Shown here piece by piece: positions 26,293 through 36,935 of a stretch of DNA of 51,278 nucleotides. The DNA is from Girardia tigrina (lineage: Eukaryota), in the NCBI GenBank assembly GCA_001938485.1, contig MQRK01236832.1, positions 1 through 51,278 of the forward strand, written 5' to 3'. Both the position numbers and the translations under genes were made by a program. The notes beneath the pieces were generated by a model. The model was given only the letters and a program-made list of their open reading frames with translations, had not been told where the DNA came from and did no database searches. How positions within the stretch are numbered: the first letter of the stretch is position 1; each line of letters opens with the position of its first letter.

Positions 26293-27286
26293 TGTTTGCG
26301 GTATGTGCTGTTGCACCATCCTGCTGAAAATAGCCAGTCGATTGTTCTTCTTCAGTTAACTGGTCGATGAAAGCAGAAAAGATTTCCTTGCAGTACCTTT
26401 CTGATGTTATGGTTTCAGTAAAAAAGATGGGACCAATTACACGCCTCCTGGACATGGCACACCATACTCCAACTTTCAAGGAATACAGAGGCTTCTCAAC
26501 AAATTCATGCGGATTTTCACTGGACCAAACTCGAGAATTTTGGTCAGACAAATGAAACCACGCTTCATCGGAAAAAAAGTCTTGTCGAGCATGTTATCCT
26601 CATTCAGATTTTCCTTGAACCAATGACAAAACTGGAGTCGCTTTTCAAAGTCTGTTTCTTTCAACTCATGTTGACAAGTAACACGATATGGATATAAGCT
26701 TAAAGTTTTCCTCACGGCGGCATGTGCAGTTCCAATGGATACACTCACTTCTTGAGATAAACGACGCATTGACTTTGTTGGACTCTGGCTCATGGCTTTC
26801 GAAATAACATTGACTTTTTACTCCGTTAAAATCATTGGTCGATCTGAGCGGGAGGCATCATGAACGGATCCAGTTTCTCTGAACTTGTTCACTAACCCTC
26901 GAACTGCATTTCGAAGAGGTATTGCTGTTGCGGGAAACTTTTCGACAAATATTTCCTTCACTGCTTCTGTGTATTCATCATTCGCACGAAAGACATGTTC
27001 AATCAAAAATATTCTCTCCTCCGTTGACAAAACCATTTTCAATTGGAATTAACTTCGCAATAAATTGACTTTCGTCAATGATTAGATTGAATATCAAAAT
27101 GATATTTTTTTTAAAAAATTTAAAACGCTCAATGTCAAGGTCAAAGTGTGTAGGTATGTTTTTTGTTCGCGAATCTATTTCATAGTTCGATTTCATAGAA
27201 ATTTGCATTTAAAAAGTCTGCTACAACGCTGATTATCTAAAAATAACCAGACAATGAAAGGTGCACAGTGACTTTCTGAACGCACT
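26293..27286 (-). mobile_element. rosa/DD41D-type transposon, 3'-truncated
   Basis: MVLSTEERIFL...(DUF4817-like), SPTKSMRRLS, DEAWFHL, VGVWCAMSRRRVIGPIFF, FQQDGATAHTAN. TIR-like AGTGCGTTCAGAAAGTCACTGTGCAC at 27261-27286. Confidence 0.9.
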
Positions 27287-28436
27287 TTTTCTGAATGTAC
27301 ATTTCTTTTTTAAAAAATCAGTTGTTATAAAGATTACGGTTAATCCGAGGAAATTAATAAATAATTTCAATTGGCTTTCGAATTTTAATTTCAGTAATAA
27401 GAATTTTTTTTCAAATTTATTTATAATAAAATAAATTAAGTAATTTTCTTGTAATAAGAATATTTTAAAAGTATAGCCTCACAAATCTATTTTCTTGCTT
27501 GTATATAATTTGTATATAGTCAATTATATATAATTTATTTCAAAGAGAAGATGTTTTCTTTCATCAATCTAATACCTTACAATTTGATACAAAAATGAGT
27601 GACTTTTTAAGTTATTTGCATTTTATATAAAATTATACTTTTAATTGTATAATGGTTGTAAGGTGACAATATGTCCTGAGGAATGTGGGCTAACGTAAAC
27701 CTAGAGTTACTCCTGGAAAGAAGGATGTTGTTTTTGAATAGTATTTTCTTGTTTTTATAGGATAAAAATTATGTATATATACATAATAATTTGATAAGAT
27801 AATAATTAAATATTCATATTCTAACATCAAAAATTTTTTTAATATTTTTTAAATAGATTAATTAAAACGATATTTTAAATTTAATATATAACAAATCGCA
27901 AATGATAATTATTTTTATATTATTTAAAATTTCAAGAAAAAAATTATGGTTTATATTATTATACATGTTTATATTTCTGAAAGTCGACATCAAAGTGTAC
28001 AAAATATTTGTTTAAAGAAAAAGTTGCGATATCAAATAATAAAGAAAAACAAATTGTTTACTGTTGATTAAATAATTTTTTTGCTTACTCAGCGCAAAGA
28101 AGACAAAATTTCTATTAAAAAAGAAAAACCAAAAAAACGTTATTATTCATTTATAATTATTATAAAATTTTTCTTTAAAACGTTCTTTTATTTTGTAATA
28201 TCTAAAATATCTTTGATCAATTACAATAAATTATTTTTTCCTTTCTTAAAAATCGTTCAAACTTCAATTTGTCTTTATTTTTGTTGCTTTTTATTAATAA
28301 AGATTTAAAGTAACTAAATGTTGGTATTGAAATTCAGTAATTAATAATTAGACAAAAGACATCAAAAACCAACAAACAGTATTAAACATAGATTTAATGA
28401 AACAATTTATTTTCTTTTCATCCTTTTATTTTATAG

Positions 28437-28484
28437 GAATCCAAATCGATTTTCGAGACGATTTATCTCAAATTATTAATGAAA
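28437..28484 (+). CDS. Candidate symmetric cassette exon X (IQIDFRDDLSQIINE)
   Basis: Strong acceptor ttttcttttcatccttttattttatag|, 48 nt, phase 1-1. Weak donor |gtttat. Confidence 0.3.
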
Positions 28485-28783
28485 GTTTATTATTGCGTAG
28501 GGAGTCTTTTTATATCAATTAAATATGATTGCAACAATTTAATTTTTTATATTAATTTTATTTTTAACTTAAGATCTTTTTTCCGTCGAGATGAAAAGAT
28601 TGTTTTCTACTTTCTGGTTTTTTTTTACTTTTAATTTGAATGACCGAAAAAAATTGTCTTTTGTAATTTGTAAGAGAGGCAAGATTATTTAAGAACGTTT
28701 ATTTTTATTTCAGAGTCATATTCTTTATAAATCAATAAAAAATTGGTTCCATTGTTTATCATTGTAAATTCATTAATTAATGA

Positions 28784-28812
28784 TCTTATCTTATAAAAGC
28801 CCAAGTCACTCA

Positions 28813-28875
<63 letters not shown>

Positions 28876-29217
28876 ACTAACGCTCATATTATCTACTTAC
28901 AATTGTAAGTAGATATTTATATTAATAATAATTCATATGGAAAATTANNNNNNNNNNNNNNNNNNNNNNNNNNNNNNNNNNNNNNNNNNNNNNNNNNNNN
29001 NNNNNNNNNNNNNNNNNNNNNNNNNNNNNNNNNNNNNNNNNNNNNNNNNNNNNNNNNNNNNNNNNNNNNNNNNNNNNNNNNNNNNNNNNNAGTGATATAA
29101 TTGTGTCTTCTTTGTTTTAATGCATCTGTTCCACATCCAAAATTACTCAAATTAAAATTAAAAAATGAAATTTCTTTTCTCAATTTTACCCGTCATACAT
29201 GACGGGTTAATTACTAG
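28784..29217 (+). mobile_element. Non-autonomous Helitron
   Basis: A|TCTTATCTTATAAAAG 5' end, internal (CTGC)n, 3' hairpin ACCCGTCAT-AC-ATGACGGGT, then CTAG|T. No TSD. An N-gap lies inside. Confidence 0.85.
28813..28874. repeat. (CTGC)n tetranucleotide microsatellite inside the Helitron
   Basis: About 15 perfect units. Confidence 0.95.
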
Positions 29218-31663
29218 TTATATAATATTCATTTATTTTAATAAATTATTAAAAATTAGAATTGTCAAACTACTTATGCCCCACTTCTATAATATTTCGA
29301 AATCCTTTTATTAAAAAAACGCATCTTTTTAAAAGGATGACATTCTTATAGCACAATCAGGGACCAAGAATATTACTCGATCGACTCGAAGGTTACTTAA
29401 GTGGGACCAATTCGATAGTGCATACAATCATTTGTATCCCATAATTATATATTTCATCCACTTAGGAAATCAACACAAAAAATAATTTTAAACAGTTACT
29501 TTTATAATCTCTGTTGGTGGTTGCATATCTGAATGTATTATTTTATGTCACCAATAGCTGGCAAAAGAACATAATTTCCGCCTAGAGTTGGAGTCTAACT
29601 TTCCTTCAGTTTTCCCTCTTTTGATTATGCAGATTACTTCGTAGCAGCATTGACGCAGATGGTATTGGGTAAAACATTTTAATCAAACCCAGAGTCATTC
29701 ACTGGTGGTTCCTCGTGGTTACCAGAGTTTTCGATTCATTTTGACATACTTAATATGAAGGAGGAATTTGTGATCTAGCTAATCATGATTTTGCAAATTA
29801 TTTGCTGAATATATACTTAACATACAACATGAAAAAGATCAGTAAAATGTTTATTTTCCTTTCAAGTCTGCATTCATCAGATACAGCCACAGCTAAGTGC
29901 TCAAACCTTAATGAGATTTAGTCGATCAGTTCTTTCACTTTGATGGTCATTCTGAATTCCCATCAAAGAATCTTTAATAAATTTATTCGTTAGCCATCCA
30001 TTCATCTTTTCGAATTTCACTTGCAATAATCCATTAGACATGTAAATTAACTATCTTCCTTTCTACGTGGCACGGCATTCAAGTGCAGTTGTCTCAAGGA
30101 TCTATTTAATTTTCTCTTTTATCCGTAACAGTAAAAAAGTGATCGTATTCTTTTCGGATAAGCAATAAATTTTACGTATACATTGTGAATTCTTTTTGTA
30201 TTATACCTTGAAGCTGGAGTTTGAATTTCTCATTGTGTCAAGATCGCGTAGTTTTGTCTAATATTGACTTGAGCTCATTAATTTCTCTTTAAGATCCAAG
30301 TAACCAGAGCATATTTTGATCTATCCTTTCGTTTATTAAGTGCTTTATTTGTACAAATACACTCAACTCATATTTGTTTTTGATATTCATAAAACTGAAT
30401 ACACTTTCTGGTAAACACAATTTTTGATTGCCTCAGTTTGATTAAGTGATTCTTGTAAGGAATTTTGCCCAATCCATTTTTAAAAAGTGTAGCTTCCATT
30501 AAAAGATAATATGCTTCCGAGATAGCAGAATTCTTTGAATGTAGTGAGTTTGTACATTTTAAAATGGAACTACTTTTACTTAAAAAAGAAAAATTTCATC
30601 CAAAGATATGAAACAGATAATGTTAAGATAAGTTATGTTATGTGAAGGTTAAAGATTAATTTAAAAACACACAAATTTTAAAATATGTTTAGCGACATAT
30701 CTTTTACCCCATTTAGCTTGTTTTTAGCTTCAGTTTATTAATATTTCAAGTCACATCATCTATACAATGGTAATTTCTAGTGGTAATAGTAACATGGTTT
30801 CATATAATAAGAAATATTATAGCGATTGCGAAATCCAAAATCTTGAAGTTCAGTATTCAAATTTTGATAATAGTTGGGATAGAGAAGCGTATTAATTAGG
30901 CTTGTCAATGATAAATTTGATGTTCAATTAATACTATCTGTTTTGATGAAAATTGAAAAAGAAAAAAACAAAAGAGAATCATTTTGGAAACGTTTTAGTG
31001 AAGAGAGTGATATTTTTAAAAGAAAGAAAAATTGTAAATAAATAGAATGGAATTAGTGTATTATTTATTTTTGTTTGATCGAACTAAATAAAATAAAAAC
31101 GGCGCAAAAAGCTTTTCGTGTAAATATTGAATAAAAGTCGCCACGATATGTTTGCAAATTATTTTTGAATTAAATAAAGATTTTCGGTGCAATTCGATTT
31201 TAAAATTTGACTGTCGGAGTTTCTTTTTTATGAAAAAAATGAATGTAGGAAAAATCATGTTTCATCGATGAACAATAAATACGCTTTTTGCCGTTGATAT
31301 TTCGTGTTCAATGAGCCGATCGGACGGGCGTAGCAACAATTTGCGAATTTACCGATTATTTGGGGCGGCTTCGCGACAGTAAGGACGAATGTATGATGCT
31401 ACGAAGCAATGAGATTCTCGCCGCATTGAACGACGATCGATTCCAGTGTTTGATTCTCTTTCAAACGACCTCAGTGTGTAAGATAAAATTAAATTATTCC
31501 CCTCGACCCGAAAATCCCCCACTCGCAACATGGTGCTGCAGCCACACTGCGCACGCTCTGTCATCACTATCAATCACTTCTTGAAAAATATTTAAATAAT
31601 AAAAAATACGTAGAAATTATATAACCGTTATTTTATTATTTATAAGTATTTTTTCATTATTAG

Positions 31664-31695
31664 TTTCATCAACATTATTCTCGTGTACTGATAAT
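31664..31695 (+). CDS. Small internal exon C of the protocadherin-like gene (xSSTLFSCTDN)
   Basis: ttttttcattattag| ... |gtaagt. Ends in phase 0, matching exon D. Confidence 0.6.
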
Positions 31696-31899
31696 GTAAG
31701 TTTTAAATGGTATTCAAGTTTTTATAAAAGGGATTTGCTATTGTTTTTTAATTATATTAAAGTTAACTTTTATTTACTTATATAAATATTTATAATATCT
31801 ACATATTTTTTAATTTTATCTATGATCAACATGAGAAATAATGATCCGAAACAGCAATAATATTTACCTGACTTGGTTTTTTATAATAGTTTATATTAA

Positions 31900-32835
31900 G
31901 AAATTTGTAATAAGAAAAGGAACTTACTAGTAACATATTTTGAACCATATTTTCCTAATTCAACAACATGAAGATTAAGGAGAATTATGCAAAAGTAGAT
32001 ATGAATTGAAATTTTAATTGAATAAGATGACTCTAAGCTGAATATTTTTGCTTTTGCTAATTAAAATAACACATTATTAAATGAAAAAAATATATTAATT
32101 TGTTGAAAAGTTATTTAAAATAGAAGATGCTTTAAATTTTACATAATGTTTTTTATAAAACAGAATAAAACTGAGATTAAAAATGATATTAAAAATGATT
32201 TAAAAGAATCACTGATTTTAAAATATGTTTTGAGTATTCCATATTCCAAGGCATTTGCTCAACTTAAACGTTCAATTTCGAAATGTATAAATAATGCTTA
32301 TTATTTAAAAATAATATTGCGAACATATAAAATCGAAAATATATTTTGTAATAAATCTCCACCTCATTTGGATTGTGTTCGGATATCGTTTATCAATTTA
32401 TATGTATAGTGTTCAATGCCGCATGCATACGAGAGACTTCTCTTCATCTTTTAGGAGAATCCAAGAACAAAGCAGAAATGTTGGATGAAGTAATACTGCA
32501 GAACACAAAAACAGTTTGAGAATTGAATGAAAATATTTAAATAAATAATTTTTGAATTCTATGCTCATTTCAAAAATTATTTGGAGAGAGTGGCATGAGA
32601 AGCACGATATTTCAGATCTTTAGATCCTAAGATTAATGTACAACCGGGTCTCTCGACAACCTTATTGAGTGTTTTTAGAGGACGAAACTATTCATCGTTT
32701 ACATAATATTTTTAAATTATAATTTTTTCATGACCTGACGATGAGGGTTATACCGCCGAAATTATTTGTTTTTTTATAATATTTTTCCTAACAATGGCAT
32801 CTTTGTGTGTTCAAAAATAAATTGTCACTATTTTT
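31900..32835 (+). mobile_element. Penelope-like element 3' half (linker, GIY-YIG, pseudo-LTR)
   Basis: LSIPYSKAF..., CSDIVYQFIC...ETS.HL.RRIQE, RSLDPKINVQ. Same family as 47560-48020. Confidence 0.85.
32731..32770 (+). ncRNA. Degenerate hammerhead ribozyme motif
   Basis: GAC-CTGACGA-T-GAGGGT-TAT-ACCGCC-GAAA-TTATT-T-GTT. Core intact; helix II has two mismatches. Confidence 0.6.
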
Positions 32836-33756
32836 CTAATTATTTGAATACTAATAATAACAAAATAAATATGTAATAATAATAATTTTTAACAATTTAA
32901 AAATTATTTTTATCAGAAATGTATATAAAATGTATTAATAATAAAATAAATAAATTATACAACTTATTCTACTTAATTGTCATAATAAAACCATTATAAA
33001 AACAATAAATAATATACTTTAGTTTTCTATTAATTTTTTCTGAATTAATTTAAATCATTATTAATTGATAAATTGATTTTTTTATTCTTTTTCATTTTAA
33101 ATTTGGTTAAAAAGACATATTGTTTTGTTAATTTTTTACAATAAATTAATATAATTAAGTGGGATTATGTATAAACATTCGATGTAACAAAATGTAATAA
33201 ATATTTTCATTTGCTTTGAAAATTATCAAATATAAAAATTAACTGACCATAATTTATTATTTGTTATTTATAAATTGGAAAATATTTTTAAATTATGATT
33301 ACTTATATTTCTTTTATTAATTAGGAAGATCAAAATATAAATTCATTGAGCTAAGTTTTTTATAAATATATAAAATTTTAAAAAATAAACAAAATTATAA
33401 TAAAATTTATTATTATTTAACAACCTTAGTAAAAAAAATTAGCTCAATATTGTTTATAGTTAAATATTTCAAATCTTACAATAAATATAAATAGTTATAA
33501 TTCGGTATATATAATCATCATTATTTAATTATTGATATAATAATTTTATTTAATTATTTATTTTTATTGAGAAATTTTTGCGATTCAGTTAATGTAATTG
33601 TGAATAATTGCGTAGTACTTCAAAAAGGATTATTTAGGGTTAACTTTAAAATTTTTTTTAAAAAAATATAATTTTTTTTAAAATTTATATTAGATAGAAA
33701 CAATTTATTTTTTTCAAAAAAAAAACTTTAAACTTAACAGTTAATGTTTAAATTAG

Positions 33757-33883
33757 GGTTTATGTCCAACATATGTCCGATTTGCCACTCCAGGATCTTT
33801 TCTTCATGAAATGGACGGGGAAAGTGCGGATTCAGGCAAAGGAACCAGTGATCTTGACGTGGCTCACCAAACAAACATGAAAG
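33757..33883 (+). CDS. Internal exon D: protocadherin-like cytoplasmic domain
   Basis: ttag| GLCPTYVRFATPGSFLHEMDGESADSGKGTSDLDVAHQTNMK |gtaagt. DSGKGxSD resembles the conserved protocadherin cytoplasmic motif. The exon is well supported; the family assignment is inference. Confidence 0.75.
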
Positions 33884-33999
33884 GTAAGTATTAAAATTTT
33901 ATCATAAATTAACAGTTTACTTTCACCAAAATTAAAATCGTTAATTAAGTTAAAACTTAAATAGATATAAAAAATATGTAAACAATATCTACCCCGAAT

Positions 34000-34815
34000 T
34001 CTTAAAGTATCAACAGATATTTTCACAAAGAACGTTAGAAATTTCAGTTCTTTATAGACCCTAAAATAAAATGAAAGAATAAACTACGAAACTTAATGGT
34101 TTTTCTGATAAAAGAAATAAAAACAATAGTTGTTTTTATCATTCTGTGTTTTTCATCTGCAAGATTCACAATAGTTGGTTAAGCGTTTTTGCATAGAACG
34201 CGAAAGAAAAGCTTGTTCAAGACTCTGGAGCAGTTATTTGTTTTCACAACATAAGTTAATCAGAATGATCCTCTTAAGTTGATCTAATACCTTTTGATCT
34301 CATACCACAGAAAGTCGAGATTATATTTTTGTTTTTACAACATTAACGCCTTTAAAATTTCAGTATTATTAACAAACATGCTTCTCAAGTATATAATTGA
34401 GTTGATAAAAGAAGTAAATCTCGATTGTAATTCTTTAGTTTCCATAGCACAGTATCGGCAACTATCAAAGCTCACGAATCAATCTTTTGTTCAAAATGAC
34501 TAAAAACGAGGATCAAACTTAATGTAGGTAAAACCCAACTGGGAATAAATTAGTCTGGTTTAAAGACCAGCATTCGAAAATAAAGAATGAATGTTAATTG
34601 GATGTATCACCAAGAAAAGTATAACGTTCTGGGAAAATTTTGTGATTTAATTATAACAAAGCAGAACTAGAAATTGAAAAGTTTCAAAACGTAACTGTCG
34701 GCTAATAGTTGCTGAATGATTGTCTAAATTTTAATAAATGGTCTTTCTAATAAAAATATAATTTAGATAGTCCTGATGACGCCCTATTCTATTCCCGAAA
34801 TGGCGTCAAAATCCA
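34000..34815 (+). mobile_element. Old Penelope-like element remnant
   Basis: LVKRFLHR-like thumb, FCFYNINAFKIS linker, VGKT (YIGKT-like), then CTGATGA...GAAA at 34773-34800 without a pairable helix II. Confidence 0.45.
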
Positions 34816-34949
34816 TCAACCAAAACATCAAACTGGTAGTATGGTTTTAAGTTTTATTTAAGTTTGTATTTGAACTATGAACTAAAAACTAAACTCTAAA
34901 ACATATTTGGAGTTATTATCATACTTTTCTGTATCTCTCATAAAATCAA

Positions 34950-35750
34950 GGCTTGGTAACGAGGAACGTGTTTTTCAAATAAGAATATAGAAGAGTTAAA
35001 ATGACCTACTCTGAATCCAGACTTGATTATTGTAGACAATATTTGCCAATATGAAATTTGTAGAACTAAAGTCAAAACTTATTGATAATTTATGAAAGGC
35101 CATTTTTGTAATACAGCAAGCTTAACATATGCAGGATTCATTTTTCAACATAAAGTACATTTCATTCCACGGCAATGAATAATCAACTCAGAAAACACCT
35201 GTCGTAAAAAAACGTTCAAACCGTCGTTGGATCCAAACAGGATGCCTTTCAAATGCTTCTTTTCATATCTTAAGAGGTATAAATTGTTCGGTCCCTAATC
35301 TCTGTTATACGGCGGAGAATCCACAAGCACTAGTCCAGTACTTTCAATTGTGACCTGAAAAATACCCGCACTTTTTCTCAAATTTTTCATCTACTGTGTG
35401 AAAAAATTCTTGTCGCCGACCTAATTTTTCTTGATGAAAAACTCTCTAACCCAATATTTAACAGTTGTCAGAGATGGCGAGTCATGTAGGTAAGTTAACT
35501 GCAAAGGTCGTATATTTCACTGCGCGTCTTCCTCAACAACACAAAAAACTTGAAAGCGCTGCGATATTCGACGTCTGAAATCACTGCTTTGATGAAAATT
35601 CAAAATGTCGCAATAAAAATTTTAATACGTTTGATAAATTAAAACCATTTCTGAAATTAAAATTCATATTAATTTATTTAATCAAACAAAAAACATAAAT
35701 TTGCTATTTCACTTTTTACCTGAGGTCGGGTATTTATTAAATACACCACG
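34950..35750 (-). mobile_element. Decayed mariner (irritans-like N-terminus)
   Basis: DVEYRSAFKFFVLLRKTRSEIYD...DSPSLTTVKYWVREF. Left end CGTGGTGTATTTAATAAATACCCGACC at 35750. Confidence 0.7.
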
Positions 35751-36575
35751 AATGTTTTTTGAAGAAAATAATTTCAAAACCTTATCCTTTTTCATGAGGA
35801 TATTTTATGTTTATAAGGAGGTAATTAATTTAGTTCGCTGATCAAAATTTAAATGCTTTTAAAAGTTATTTTGAATTTAAATCAAACTGAAAATTTTAAA
35901 AATTAAGTAGAACAATAATTAAATGTTTTAACTTTGAATTTGAAAATATTCTTTATAAATTTATTTTATTGAAAATATTATTTTATAAAAAATGAATGAA
36001 GTAAAATAGATAACAAATAACAGATAAAACAGTATTTTCAAAAATAATAATTTATTTGAAATTTAGTAAAAATTTTAAAATCAATTAAAGATATGATTAA
36101 AAAAATTAAATATTTTAAACATAAAAAAATTGAATATTAAATATAAAGTATTTTCTAAAATTTCAAAAATACTAAAAATAAATTACAATATGTTTTTTTA
36201 TAAAAAAAATGCAAAATTAAAAAAAACAGATTATAATTTTTCATTTGAAAAACATTATAAAAGGTTAAAATAAACAACAAATTAGAAAAAAATAAATATT
36301 TCCATTAAAAACTAAATATAAGTAAATAAATAATTTTCATAAATATGTTTTAAAAATTAAATATTATTTTGATTGTAATTTAAAATAATTTGAAAATTAT
36401 TTGAAAAGAGATCGGCGGATTAATTATTAAGGAAATAGTTGAAAAAATTGTTTGACAGTTGTTTTATAAAGATATAATTTGAGTTAAAATGAATTCTGAA
36501 ATCGATGTTGCAACCACTTCTCTAATGTTCTTATTCGATATATTAAAAGATTATTATGGTTATTATAACAATTAA

Positions 36576-36935
36576 TCTTATCTTATGAAAACCCAAGTCA
36601 CTTACTGCCTGCCTCACTGCCTCACTAATGCTGTAAGGTAAATTTTTGAAATGATTTTATAATCAATAAAGAAATGATTGTATATTAATAAATAAATATT
36701 AGACTGATATTAGAATGAATGCGATTTTTGTAACCGTAATTTCTTAAATATCATTTTGTCTCGAGATATGATTTTCAAACTTTGCATTAAACAGAAATAA
36801 AACCTTTTGTTATACGATTTTTTATACTCGAAACACTGAAATTTTCAATAAAAATGCTTTCAGAAAAAAGTCGCATGATCTAATAACATTGAACCCCCGG
36901 CAAGAGAGGGCCGCGAAGCGGGCCGAGCGCGCTAG
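36576..36935 (+). mobile_element. Non-autonomous Helitron with the same 5' end as 28784
   Basis: A|TCTTATCTTATGAAAACCCAAGTCACTTACTGCCTGCCTCACT... 5' end; GC-rich 3' hairpin GGCCGCGAAGCGGGCC, then CTAG|T. Confidence 0.85.

Noticed and set aside
28813-28874. Tandem array as CRISPR or telomeric repeat
   Set aside because: Simple 4-bp microsatellite with no spacers, not TTAGGG. No CRISPR, tRNA, rRNA or spliced-leader RNA gene was recognised anywhere in the window.
34771-34810. CTGATGA...GAAA hammerhead candidate
   Set aside because: Helix II cannot pair (GCCC vs TCCC). At best a dead relic at an old PLE end.
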